From Epiperipatus broadwayi (lineage: Eukaryota > Animalia > Onychophora), in the NCBI GenBank assembly GCA_028023455.1, contig JAQFVV010000007.1, forward strand, positions 7,502,001 through 7,566,000: a DNA stretch of 64,000 nucleotides. The letters run 5' to 3'. The translations under genes and the position numbers were made by a program. Of the stretch, positions 25,850 to 40,511 are shown in pieces. Each line of letters begins with the position of its first letter. Positions within the stretch are counted from its first letter, which is position 1. Under the pieces are notes generated by a model. That model had not been told where the DNA came from and searched no databases. It saw nothing but the letters and a program-made list of their open reading frames with translations.

Positions 25850-27050
25850 AACTCTCAGTCATCTCCCACATCAATGCAGACATCTGGTTATAACCCTAAC
25901 CCTGCCAAATCAACTTTTATACTACCCCACAAAGACCATTCATACATTTTATATCACTATGCAGAACTTCACAATGCACACATTAGTGCCTTTGTAAGGG
26001 AATTAAAAAAAATATTCATAACATTCAAATGTTAGCATAAACCAAGGAACTGCCTTCTTCCTGAAGCTCAGCATTATGTGAGGAACTAGTCTCTGCCCAT
26101 TTACTTTTAAAAAGCATGAAAAACATTTTACCACAACTACGTAAATAATTCCCTACTTAGATGATAAGTACAAATGGAGCTGGGATCAAGTCCTCGATCT
26201 CCCAATACCTGCATACATAGTAATTAAAGAATGAGATAGCTATTCTCTGTCTATCCCTTTGAGGTGATATGATAACTATAACTCCGCAATAATCAACATT
26301 TGCAGCTTCACATATACACACAGGATTATCATAATAGTGATGCAAAATGATAAGTTTTAACCGACCATGAATAAAATCCATAAACTACATTAATTTTAAA
26401 AATTAAGCACTCAGCAACACTCATCCAAGATTTGTGATCAAAACAGATCACATCTACTTGTCAAGGCATAGCAATGACTATCCAAATGAAATTCACAAAT
26501 CTAACAATCGGCATATAATTTTGATTTGACAATTTTATCAAATGACAAATATATAAACTTTCATGCTTTCTCACTCTTATTATACATTAACAATTTTTTA
26601 TCACTTTTTTTGCCTCTTTTTTGAATGTTAACCATCTACTAAACATAATAACAAATACAAAATATAAGGCAAAATTAATAAATAAATAAAATATTACGCA
26701 TTGTCTCTTTGGTTTCCTTCAGAGATAAATTTGAATCTTTTGCAAGGTTAGTACCAATTTAACAGAAAAACACTCGTGTATTGTACATAAACACTATTTA
26801 CTATTATTTGCTCCATGCCCATGGCAAACACACTATATTTATCTCACTTTAACGATTATGGGAGTATATAAAAATATTTTCATCCAGGATGCAGTTACAT
26901 TAATAATTGATATATTTAATCGTGATAATTCAAAACTGTTGAAAAATAATCCTACAGGTTACTTTCATTTTAAACACTTTTGTTCCCGGGTTAGAATCCA
27001 GATGTTTGGTTTACCACCTTTAGTCTATAACTTTATTTTTTCATGCTTCA
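25850..27050 (+). mobile_element. Decayed Penelope-like reverse transcriptase
   Basis: Relic motifs occur in the expected order: 'AHISAFVREL...TAFFLKL' (~25970-26070), 'QGIAMTIQMKFTNL' (~26460; PLE 'G.AMG..+AP.+ANL'), and 'IDIFNRD...NPTGYFHF' (ORF 26858..27058). Confidence 0.55.
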
Positions 27051-29589
27051 TTTTCTGAGTTTTTCTTTTTAAGAGAAGATTTTAGACAAAACTAATGTTG
27101 TAGATGCTATATTTCCTCATATATTCTTAGATTAGATTTCATAAGTGATGAAGAAGAATTGCTAATTTATTTTCAGTAATTATTTCCTGTATATTTGACA
27201 AGTGTCCCTTGCATATGTGAGTGATTCAAATAAACTATATTGCCACATTAATTCTTATTGGTGTCACCATCAAAAAATAATAATAATGACTATTTCAATT
27301 ACATCTCCAATTAATAGTCTTAAAATTCAGTTATTCCTTGAAGTTTTAATTAAGCTATGAATAAAATACATAGGATTAAATGTTTATTCATGAGATATCT
27401 TCTTTTAAACAAAATTTTAAAAAGCCAAATACAAAGATTGAGGTATAATGTACTAAAATGTTTGCTACGACTGAACCTTGTCATCATCAATTTTGAAGGA
27501 AAGGCCATACACCCATCTATATCTTTTTAGCCCTTCATATCAAGTTATAACTATACCCTTCTTAAGTTTAGCCAACTGTTTTTCTGAGGTAAATGGTCAA
27601 AGCAGAGAATTAGCAGCAGCTGCCCTTAACAGTTCATTTGCACTAGCTTTTATAAAAAAAAAAAAACACCTGCAAATTTTGCTTTATCTTTTTTTTTTAA
27701 TCCGACTCTTATCCCCCCATTGGTATACCTCAGACAACCTTTGACACCATTTATTAAATGTTCATTTTGGTTTATTGACTTCAGCTTTCATTACATTTAT
27801 CTTATCTTTTTCTACCCTTATCTTGACACATTTTTCCGCTTTGATCTAAAAATATTCAACTTAAAAAAAATATAATAATGGGTATTTTATAGAACTGATT
27901 TTTAATAAATAAATTTTTCTAAAACTTAAAATCAAATTTATAACCAAATCCTTTAAAACCCATATAAAATAAATTCCTTTTTACATTATACTATCAAATA
28001 GTATACAGTACAATACATAAATTTCCATGATCAAACAAAAAAAATCTATATACATATCATACACACACCCATGCATGCACATATGAATAATACTAAATAA
28101 TGGTCTACTTGTTCATATTCTTATTAGTATAAAATATTTATAATTTCCTGAAAATTTAAACCTACTCTCCTGTAAAAAAAAACAAAAAAAACTGTCAAAT
28201 AAATACTATCTATCATTTTCATTTACAAATATTATGATTAATATAAATCAACATTTTAAGATATTACAGTGCCCACAATAATCAATCCCTTTTCCCTCTA
28301 CATAATAATACACTATAATTTTAAATAAAATACAAACATACTTTTCTCTATACATTAATTTCAAGCCACATGGTCATTGGTCTCTTAAAGCTTTTAATTT
28401 TTTTTGACTTAAAATTTTTTTTTTTATTCGGATATAGTTATCCACCAATCCTACTATTTATTTCCCAATCATTAGTTTCTTTACGAATGAAACTAAGGGT
28501 TATAATATATATAATGTATAAATAAATAAAGCAGGATAGCATTTAAACATTTATTAATATTATTTATTAAACTTGATATTTAAATGTTGCTATGATTTGT
28601 GTATCTATTGTACCAGTCAGATGATGTATGTTGGTTTAACCCAGTTCAAATACTAAGTGAAAGTACCTTGAGGCCATCTATATGTGAGATATGGAAATCA
28701 AGAATACTATGACCTCTGCCCTATTCATCTATTCTCGAGTCTAACTATGAACCAACAACATATCTGAGATACGCATAAACTATTTTCTTACCCAGCCCAA
28801 AGCTTACCATCAGGGAGAGACATGGATGAGAACACTGATAGGACTAACTAAGTTAAAATGTGCATAAAAATATAATACGAAATATGTGTTGTGTGTGCCT
28901 GAATCATTGGATAAGTAAAATAAAGGTTAAGCTAATCAGAAATTGAAATAAAATTAGAAAACTTAAGACTTTTACATTAAATAACATATTTTAATAAAAC
29001 ATAATGTTAAATATTTGAAAGGTTTTAATTATCTCCGCTATTCCCCAATTCATTATATTATAAATAATTTGGTAATAAGGCGGAGGGCAATTACAGAACA
29101 TTTTGCAGTCTAAATCTATATCTTCCCAACGTTAATAAAATTATTAATTCGAATCCCATTGATAAAGCACAATTAAAATAAATCTTTCACAAAGCATTTT
29201 CTAGTTGCTTTGTGCTTAAAACAATTTTAAAATATTTAAGACATTTATACTAACTGAGATATAAGTATGGGGCTAAAGGTGGACAAAAGAAATGTTATTG
29301 AGGAGATCAAGTTGGCAAACAAAGGAATCTTACTAGTATTTAGAAGACCGATGTTATTTTAAATTGGAAAGTTTTAAATGGGAAAAAAATAATTTAAACC
29401 GCAGATAAAACGAGAAAACATTTATATACATTTTAAAATGCGGAATAGCGAAGGGGAAAAATTTCAGTATAAGTAAATGATCAAACGATAAAAATAAGAT
29501 AAATCTAATATTAGTATAATAGAAAACAGTTACATTATATATATATAATTAAATGAAATAATCAGAAAGGTATTTATCAAAAAGGTAAA

Positions 29590-30480
29590 GTAATAAATAG
29601 TTCATGAGGAGATTTTTATACAGTTACCAGTCCTTGTTCTGTGGATCCAGTTCCCTCGACATGGTGGCTTGATTGAATATGTTGGGATTTGTCCGGACAA
29701 GGAAATGGAAATTATGTAGCATTTTAATCACGAAGTTCGCAGACACAGCTCACAGTTCAGGTTTCTCTTTGTTGGACATGTTATGGCATTTTGATGGACT
29801 AGGACCCCAGCGGCAGGCAAAGCTGTTATGCCTAGCATCATGGTCACATCCATCAAATTAGTATAACTTTTAACCGGTCGCATGTTGAAATCAGATCAGT
29901 AAGAATAAATCGCTGGAACTCTTCAAAATAGGTTTTGCAATGCTTTCAGAGTCAATCTCTGAATAATAATAAGAATGAAGCTCGGCAAATTTCAGCAGAG
30001 TTTCTTCAAGAACAAAATTTAAAGGCGAAATCTGAATAATAATTTCAGGAACACATTTGACCGATTTTCTCAAAATCTGACGAAGAACAAAAAACACTAG
30101 AACCAGCAGCAGAACAAAAAAAGGATTTTAAAAGTAAAATCTAAATCATTTAAAACATAAGATCTGCACGAATATGCATAAGAAAGCATAAAGATTTTAA
30201 AAGTAAAATCTCAATAATTTAAACACAGGATCTCCACGAATAAGCAAAAGAACCTGAGAGAGACCTAGTCTTTTGTTCTCTCCTTTTTATACCTTTTCAG
30301 GAGCTACCTTTCTATTGTTTTGCATATGATTTCAGATCTTGATAAGCCCCCTGTGCTCCTTTGTTTCAAGGTAATTTTTTCTAAAAATAAACTTTTAATT
30401 TCTTATTCTAGATTTCTGTATTTAACTTTTCAATTTGTATTAATTAAAAAAGGCCATCTTTAATTTGCCTTGAATGGGCT
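29590..30480 (-). mobile_element. LTR-like segment related to 19200-20547 (ends uncertain; possible outer end GTTACA|ATAT at 31244)
   Basis: On the minus strand 'aattaaagatggc' (30453-30465), 'gtataaaaagg' (~30290) and 'actg|gtaact' (~29627) occur in the same order as in the 19200 element. There is an internal ~70-bp tandem duplication at ~30120-30250. Confidence 0.5.
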
Positions 30481-33400
30481 AACTAATTGAAACATACCAT
30501 TCCTTTAGAAATGTTGGCAGGCTTATCTTAAAATAAAATCATATGCCATATTTTAACAAAATTTAAAAAGAAAAATATCTTATTATTTCTTTTAATAAAA
30601 TAACATTTTATTTCAACCGAATTCTGCATTAAATCATATATATACGCTTGACGTCTATATATGTTTGATTAATAAGTTTTAAAAGTAAATTTTAATAGAA
30701 ATTTAATCTTAACGGAATTTATTTTAAAAGAAATATTTTAACGCAAATACAAATTTAAATACCGTTAAGTAAGCAAAATGAACGTATTAATTTTAGCTTT
30801 AATGCAAAACCCTGCTGATACTGGACTATAAATTTAAATCAGGTCTACAATATTAGTTAAGTTTATAGAAGGCTGTGAAACATGGATCGGACTTCCGCAT
30901 CCATTGCTTCACTATTAATTATATATATTCGTTGTAGTTTATATTAATACATTTGTGTGAGTGTTCACGATTTTTTTGCAAATCATACCATGGCCGTGAG
31001 AATTTTTTAATTATTTTTTTAAATATTGCTAGTATTTTATTAATTTTTATTGTCAAAGTTTTAAGCAATAGTTATGCATAGATCTCAGTGTGTATATAAT
31101 CAATTAATTAATAATCACAAGCACAGAGAATGAATGTAATTGTTGAAATCAAGCTCAATCCATAAGTTCTGATTAATATAAATATACATACACATTACAT
31201 ATTTTTTTATAAAATATAGAATTTTATTCAGAAATTTGGTTACAATATATGATAATAGTTAAACATAGGATATATTACATGATAATCAGGGGGATGAAAG
31301 CTCAATATTGATATCTTGTTTGACACTAGCCAAAAGGACTAATCTGAAGCATATCAGCAAAGAATGAGTCCGAAATAGTATCTTGATATAGATGACCACG
31401 CTTGCATGTCTCACATAGTTCAGCGATAGGTCTAATCCTTTGTCTATGCTCCGCATGACTAAGTCGACCCTTCATATTGGAGGTTATTTCCATAACAACT
31501 CGGGATCTGGGCAATAATCATGCAGAGCAAGGTGAGTTATCACAAAGGGATGCAGGACATTCAGCCTCAAATTACTCTCCAGGGAAGGAGATTTCTATTC
31601 AGGAGTGAAAGGGATCGGCTTTGGGGGCCAGCTCAATAACCTCCTATTGCACGAATATATATGATAATAAGATAATTTAGCAGCCATAACAACACATATG
31701 TATATTATTAAAAACTGACAACTAAATGTAGACCTTTAGCAAGCATAAAAATGATATGTCTACAGAATGAGTCTAACACCTGCTTGATTTTTCGTTAGTA
31801 ATTAGCGTTTTTATTATCAGAGTGATGAAGACCACCTGTCTTTTTTCATCTTTTACATTGAACTCTTTTAAGCATAATAAGAGTTATAATTTTTCTAATT
31901 AATTACATTGTCTCAGGATATAACCAGAATAAATAATTTCAATCTGGTCATTTGTCAGTCTATGATGTTCTCTGAAGTCTCTGTCATCGGGTCCAAATGT
32001 ATCATATTTTCTCCACGCCTTTCCTTCAGAATAGAACTTTGACAGTCACAGCCAGATTAACACATTTAGGCATTATAATTATTTATAAAAAGTATGTGAG
32101 TTTAAAGAGCAGCAAATTATATCAAAAGGTCATAACTAGGAGAAAATGATGCCGTTGTCATGAGAACTTGCAATATTTATATATTCAGTATATGCCGAGT
32201 TACAGGTGAAGCTTTATAAATATGAGCAATAATAAAATAATCGATAAAAAAATAACCAAACTTTAATGTTATCAAAATGTAAAGTTTCTAACAGTTCTTT
32301 GTAATATCCAATAAGGAAATGGTTTTAATGCGTTGCCAAAATTGATATCTTAATTTAAAAAGAAAAACGTTAAGAAAGGAAACGGAAGACTTTTGAAGAG
32401 TATCATCTGAGGATTACGCTCATCTTAGCTTATCAAGTTCTTGTACTAAATTTATCTAACGGTTAATCTAAACAAAATGAATTTATAATCTTACAATCAA
32501 CTTAGTGATAACTTTTATTGGGTGTAAAGAATTACGTCCAAAAAGAAATTATCCTCACATTTATAGATAAATCGAATAAAATTATTCGTGTGTATATATA
32601 CAAATACACATTTAAATATGTATATATGTTTTAAATAATAATAATGATATATAATTTATACATAAGCACATTTGATTACTAAAATGAAAATAAAAAATTG
32701 ATGTCATGTAATTTTCTGGAACTGTATATTTCAGAATTAGAAAGTCACCTGATGTGTTTCTCATCAACATAAGTTCAACTAATAATGATTATGTTATGTT
32801 AATGTGTGATTATAATAAATATAGATTCATATAGTTTCGATTGAATATTTATATCACGTATATATACAATATAACAATTCGTCAATTGCTAAAACAGAGA
32901 ATCATTAATATAAAAAAAAATAACCATTGCCAAGCGCTTTCAACGTCAACGAATCCTTATCAAGGCAGTAAAAAACTCCCATTTTCTCCTAATCGATAAA
33001 TTCAACATTTCATTGCATTGTCCAGGAACAACTAATCAGAAAACTGGTTAATTTTGAATTCATAGCACAAGATGAATTTTGTATAAGATATGATTCTTTA
33101 ATCTTGCGTTTTTATCGTGTGTTTCATGCATTAATATTGCAAAATACCGTGGACTATATATATGGCCTGTACTATTTTGGTGACGAATTGTTATATTGTA
33201 TTTTATAAGTTGTATTAACAGAAGTATTATATTGATTTACATATATATATAATATTTACAAATCCGTTAGCATATATATCTACATTTACAAATATATAGG
33301 AATCATGTTTGCTATACCGCATGCCTAATGCGCTGACTGAGGCACAGCATTTGATTGCCATACCTAAGGGACTTCAGGTGCCTTTCTAATTTCACCTAAC

Positions 33401-33825
33401 ACTTCAAGTTATACCATGACAGCTTGTCTCATGTGTATGTATGGTGACACTTCCTGATGTTGTGTGTCAACTTGCCTCATGTCTAATTATAATCACATAA
33501 CATTCACTTCTAATATGAGCTTGCCTCACTGTTTCAGCCAGTAATTAGTTGTTGTATAACTTTACTTACAACTAGACTTTTTATAGCTAGCTCAATGTCC
33601 ATAATGAGAGCAAATGGATTCACTAAGCATCATCACACATTGACCTGTTTCTGCTATTGGATATATTTTATCTATTCATATATCTATTTGTTTGCGGTGA
33701 TGAATGCCCAATGCAATTTAGATAAGATGGAATCTAGACTAATCCATTAATTGAAGATAATGAATACATTTTATGAATGCTTTAGCTCTGCAAATCTAAG
33801 CTATATATATATATTTTTGTTTATC

Positions 33826-33826
<1 letters not shown>

Positions 33827-33900
<74 letters not shown>
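33827..33900. repeat. (TA)n microsatellite, interrupted
   Basis: Directly visible in the sequence. Confidence 0.97.
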
Positions 33901-33902
<2 letters not shown>

Positions 33903-34379
33903 AATGCACAAACTGTATTAAGAGTAAAGCTTTATTAACAATAAAAATACTGTAGTGTTAGCATGCTTTTGACAGAATTGTTATAGATGCCATCAGTATG
34001 AAAGAATATTGTATTCTCCTTTGTAAAAAGTGGCTTGCTCTAACTAATTAATGCATTATGCAAATAACATGCTAAATTATTAGCATTTAAACAGGGTCTT
34101 ATTCCCTTACCTCTGTGACAAGCATTGCTATATCTATGGCAATTACATGTTGAAAGTATGCTAAGCACCATAGTATTTTTATTTGTTAATAATGCTTTGC
34201 TCTTAATGCAGTTTGGGTATTTGTATATATAGTTGAAGATAAGTTGAGATATAACAGATTAAAATTTTGAAATCAAGTAACTATGTATATATTAAATCTA
34301 AAATAGTTATACACAAAATTATTTTTGGTGGGTAGCTTATTAATTTGCCAGTACAAATATACATGCAGTACATAATCTA

Positions 34380-36700
34380 ATTTTATAAAAAATGTATAAT
34401 AGCTATAATAACCTACAACATAGCAAAGATTTCTCCAGCATCACTTTTCAAGAACACTATGAAATCATAAGTGTGTATACAAAATTGCTGGATGGCAAGA
34501 TTTATATAGTTTCTTTTATTATAATTTTATTTACAAGTGTGAAAGTTCTTGCCATTACAATTTTGATATCATCACATTACATAAATACATCACCAATCAT
34601 TTCTAATCATTTAGTAGACTAGAAATTATCATATCATTTCTAGTTCAGATAAAAAATTTAAACAAAGTTAAAGACCAATATATGTATTTTTTAATTAATC
34701 ATAAACCAATGGAATAATAAATCCAGCATTTTTTCATAAATATTTGTCAAACATTCTTAAAACATTTTCTCTACCACACATTCTCATAACATATGAATAA
34801 AACGATCTGGAAAAAGACTTCCAAGATGCATTTCATATTGAAACATCATATTCAGTTAACCCACATCATAATCTTTCACAAATATTATTTACTCAGTATT
34901 TATCAATATAAGTACATTTTGATTTACAGGTGTTAAACTTTCTTTTTTCATAACTTTGTCATCATCCATTTCAGATAAATATATTAATGATTATTGTTAT
35001 TCATTTATTAGGTTAGAGATTATAATATTATTTTTATACAATATCAATTTTAAACCCGACAAAAATTAACATATATTTTTAATTAAGCACAGACATATGA
35101 AATAATTAATCTGATTTCCATTGCTTTTTCTATGTGTAATGGAGAGTGTGAAAATTGTGAGAACAGAAAATTTGAGATGTATGGATCAACTTCAAGTAAA
35201 GACAATAGTTTAAAGCTTATATCTAGCCTAGAAGTGCCATAATAATCTCTAACCTAATTAAAGATTAATCATAATCATTTACATATTTATCTGATATGGA
35301 TAATCAAATCTGAGAGTGCACAAAGTCTAATATGGATAGATCAATTTGAAGTAAAATAATTAGTTTGAAGATTATATTTGGATTAGAAATTATATATATG
35401 ATAATCTCTAGCCAAACAAATGTTTAGCAAATATCATTAATATATTTGCCAGAAACGTATGGTGTTAAAGTTGTGAATGCAGAAAATTTGACACTCATAA
35501 GTCAAGTATGAATAATAATAGAACTATACATGTCAGTGACTCAGCATTCTGACTGCTCAGGTCTAGCAAAGTATGAAAAAAATATTGAGCAAAGCTAGTT
35601 GAAAAGATTTATAGTTTTTCTTCTGTTTTATCTTCTAGATAGGAATAGCAAATATTTATTTATCAATTTACTTGACAAATGTTTTAAATTTTGCCCAGAT
35701 TCAAATTCTGGATTGGCAGTCATAAGCACTGCTCACTAAATCAAAAGATTTTCTATTAAACTATATATATATATAATGTCCATTAATTTAAAAAAACTAT
35801 TGTAATAACAATAAAAACAATAAATATGATGGTAATTAATTATTATATACAATCTTTCAATCTGCAGAAGTATTTTCTGTTAATTCCTTAAGTGATGGGA
35901 TTTAATTATTGCAAGAGATAATAGTCTGTTAAGTTATAAATTAATAATTAAACCATTGCAATAAATGGGGATAAATAAATAGTAAATCAAAAATGTCTAT
36001 TATGCATAAGATGACAAGTTTTAGAACTTTTATGTTTCATAATGAACATTTATATTATTACCAGTATGATAAGTTTAAAAATATTGAGATATTTGCCAAG
36101 AAATTGCTTGAAGTTTGTTATAAGATTGAACAGATTAACAATACTTTATGCCAATTTTAAAAGAGATATAATGGTTTAAAAGAATTAAAGATGAAGAGTA
36201 AAAAATGAATATCTATTTCATATATTTCATATTCTCAAGTGAAATTTTTTAAGGATATATATAAGAATGTGTTTAATGTTTCATTTTGTGTTACAAATAA
36301 TGTTAATAAATTAGTGAATAATTCTAAAAATGTCATACCTGTCAAGCAGAAAAGTAATATTATGTATCAAATTTTTTTTAATGTATGTAATCATATATAA
36401 ATGAATCAAGGTACAGAGTAATGAAAAAAGATTAAAGAAGCATGAATTGTTATATAAGCATGTGAAAAGTAAAAATAATGATTTAATGACTGTTTCAGTT
36501 TTCTTAGATCATGAAAGGGCAAGTAAATATAAATTTAAGTTTGATATTGAAAGAAACTGTAATAAATGAAAAATTAAGGAAGCAATTTTAATAAACAGAA
36601 ATAAGATGAATATAATTAATAGACAAGCTACTAACATTAAAACATGAGAACTGAATTGATGACATTTGCTTCTGTTTTATTTTTTGAAATTAACAACAGT
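34380..36700 (+). mobile_element. Fragmented Penelope-like ORF relics (RT palm/thumb and GIY-YIG endonuclease C-terminal part)
   Basis: Pieces read 'NFDIITLH' (~34560; PLE 'SFD+.SL+'), 'NPTKINIY' (~35055), 'KRLKKHE' (~36430) and 'SVFLDHER...FKFDIERNCNK*KIKEAILINRN...IINR' (~36495-36625). The last is typical of the PLE GIY-YIG end. The segment is interrupted and has many stops. Confidence 0.55.
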
Positions 36701-39700
36701 TGAGGCATGTTAAAGAATTAACCAAAAGTACTTCTGCAGATTGAAAGATTGTATATAATAGTTAATTATTGTTATATTTATTATACATATAATGTAAGTT
36801 TTCTTAATGAATGAAATCACATTACACTAGGACAAAAATCAGATTTGATGATCTGCATTTCAAATGATGTGTAGACTCAATATGAATGAGTTCATGTTTT
36901 TTAATGAAAACATTATTACTTTTGCTATTCAAAAGCAATACCTTTTTCTCTACATCTATGTCGTGAAATCTAACTTTTATATCCATACTGAATCCAAGTA
37001 TATTATAGATTGAACAATTCTAATGTCCTTAGATTGATAATAAAAAATGTTTTTAAACATTTTTACATGATTCAATGTCAATTACTAATGCATTCTTATA
37101 TTATAAACACAAAATGAACATTGATATGACTTTAAAACAGCATATTATAATCAAAATTACTCCAAATTCATAACTCAGCCTGAGTAGCACAGAAAATATG
37201 GTTTCACTGCTACAAAGTAGACTTCTCAAATGTAAAAGACTTCATGATATAAATAAAAATAACTATATAAAAAATTAAAACATAAAAAAACCTTTACACT
37301 ATATCAGCAACACTATACCTTAAATGCAAAAAACTCAACAAAATGTAAATATTAAAAGAGTAAAGCTAAACTAGTCAATAAAAATAATCAAAATTACCCC
37401 AAATTCTCAATTCAACCAAACTAACTAAAAAAAAAAAACTCTAAAACACAACCAATAGTTTAACTGCTAAAATAAATTCTATAGTATCATCAATATTCTT
37501 AGAACATGAAAGAATAATTTGTCATGTTTATAAACCTAGAAATGATCCGATGGTTTGCACAGATATGTAAAAGAAAGAAAAAAACACCAAACTTTTCATT
37601 GCAGTGAGGATTTCTGAATAAATAGTACATGGAAAAACAACTAGTGATATCTATATTATCACTAGGGCACATGCATGTGTATGCATGAATACATATATAA
37701 TAAGACAAAACTATTGTGGAAGCAAACAGTACATTAATATAAAATACATAGACTCTGGATAACAATTAGTAGTTATATATAGTACTCAGCTGCCACACTT
37801 TTCAATATTTCAGAAAAAACTATAAATAAAATTTTGTTTGCTTAGAATGATTTAAGAGCAATTAAAATATAAAAAATAATGGAGTAGTTTATAATTTGAG
37901 AATTCAGATTAAGTTCAAGCATAGAAGTGACTGTATCAAGTCACAATCCGTGGCCCTGAGCTTCAGAGTCATCCTATCCTGGCATCAAATTAGGCAGGGC
38001 TAAGAGAGCTATTAAATTCACAGATACCCACAAGTCTGGTTATAGCTATTATATTATTTAATTTATTGCATTTATTTTATATTAAAAGTTTATAATTGAA
38101 AAAAAATTTTCTTGTGGATAATATATATATTTATTTCTACCTTTAATTCCAATAAATAACAATATATACATATTTTGACTCTGTAATATAAAAGTTTCAA
38201 ATTTTAACAATAAAAATTACATTTTTAAAGTTACAACTTTATCCTTTAATATTTTTTGTAAAAAAAAAATGTGTCTATTTGATAAACAAGGAATGGTAAA
38301 AAATCAGACTAAATTTTCAGAACAAATTCTTTGCAAAATTTGTAAATAGATGTAACTCATCAAAAAGTTATATAAAAATGATTATTTCAATTATTATTGA
38401 AATTTCTCTTTAATGACAGTTAATTTGGTAAAAGATTACTAATAAATTAAAAAAGAAAGTTGTCTATTTAATTTTCTTACCCATAATGCAACACATAAAA
38501 CACAATTCCAATCAGTCTCCTCTAACTTAAGTTTTTATATAAAGACTTAGTTTCTTCTACAGATATCAAAAACATCACTTTGGAACTTTAAGAAATACAA
38601 TCAATACTCCAATATCTTTAACCTTGAAGATTTATTTTAGTTATTTGGATTTTTTTTTTTAATTTAAAAATAACTTTAAAATAAAATTTAACTGATACTA
38701 TTTTATTTTTCGAATATAAAAAAAAATGGATTAATCAGTAATTTTATATTATACTATTTTTTTACTTATGGACATTTTTTAAAAATTTTATTATTGATTT
38801 GCTATAACATTTTTTTTCTTTTGCTATATTATGTATACAAAATCAATAAAATTTATTTCCCTAAGATCTATTGTTCCAAAAATTGTTTTTAAAAATGACT
38901 TGTGCTGGAGGTTCCAGTACATTATTCTTAATTATTGTAGGTTTACAAATATCTTGGTTTCTTTATTCAGCTGTAAAAAATTTAATCACATAATAAATTG
39001 AATTTAAAATTAACTTTTCACAAATAACATTAGCATCAAACTGCCAACAATCATAAATATTTTCTTTATTCTTCTTCTCTAAAAGTCCTTATGCAATATT
39101 TTTATTTATTGTAGGCTTTCATATAGATAAGTTTATTTCAATTATAATAATCCCTTTAGTGAAATTAAGTACTCACTTGATAATCTTCAAGAGATAAATA
39201 GGGTTAGTGTTATCTTTCATTAACAGTTTATATATATATTAATTATGTAAAGTTTTGAAATGGTGCACAATATAATCCTATTCAAATTATCTTCATAGTG
39301 TATATCTTATACATGTCTACGTGTTGCAAATTAGAAAGTGGTAATAACTCATAAAATCTAAGCTTCCACTTCTTGAACTTTTTCAGTTTTATACACCTTC
39401 ATATTGGCTTCGGAGAACGTACCTAGAGGTGAAATTTCAGAGCACATGTTTAGAAGTTATGATTGATAAAAACTAATATTAAAATATAACATTCATTATG
39501 GCATTATTTTCAAAATCTACTAGAGATCTTTTATTAAAAAATCATTCAAAGATATATCTTTCTCTGTAAAATTTCTTTTTTTGTTGAGTAAATAAAAGTT
39601 GTCTATGATATACACAGCTTTTATCTTATCTGAACTGAGATATCTATTCCCATAATTATTTCACTTCACTATAGTCACAATTTTTCTTTATATTATATAG

Positions 39701-40511
39701 CATATACTGGTATAAAAATTATAATTATAGTTTTATAATAACCCATCTTCTCAACTTCAGTTTTTTCTCTAATTAAAAAAAAAAAAACAACTGAAAAATA
39801 AAACATTTAAAACTTTAATTGCCATTTTATATTCAATATGAATTTGGACCTACATATGTGCATTATACATATTTTCATCATGCATATACAATATATATGA
39901 CATAAATATAAAATCATGTGGTAATTACCAAATCTATTAATTAATATTTGAATTAGTCTTTAGCTGCCATGTTCAATAATAATTGACTATTATACATAAA
40001 TTTCAGTATGTGCATTAAAGGCTAAAATAATCAAATAGACAGTGGTCAGAAAGTCACGTGACCTTTCATCACTGTCGTAAAACAGCATTTTAACCTACTT
40101 ATATTTTGCTATTTCAACATTTTATATAGTAAAGCTTTGAATGATTTTTATTTAAGATATTTATATTTGTTTCTTCCCCCCCCCCCCATTTCTCCAAATG
40201 ACATTTATTTAAAATATCAAAATAAGTTAAATCACATTAAATGTCATATGAAGTAAAACTTTGTTTATAAACAATTTATCCCAATGACAGTTTATTCGTT
40301 TACGTTTAAGTTGAAACTAATAAATCTGCCTTCTAATATATTAAATTTGATTATTATTCTAAAAAATATACGTATTAAAATGAAATCAGACATTATCTAC
40401 ATCTGTCACTTTTGTCTTATTGACTCTTTTCAATGCATTCGTTTATTAAAAATAAAACATAAAAATGTCATAATATTTCAGTTTTTTTAAATGTAATAAT
40501 TAAAATTATTT

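Noticed and set aside
27478-27744. 88-aa ORF and opposite-strand coding-like text
   Set aside because: It contains stops and homopolymer runs and has no recognisable domain.
31310-31660. GC-richer block with a GTGAGT donor and ORF 31326..31514
   Set aside because: All plus frames are interrupted and the minus peptide is unrecognisable. It may be non-coding or transposon-derived, but I cannot support a call.
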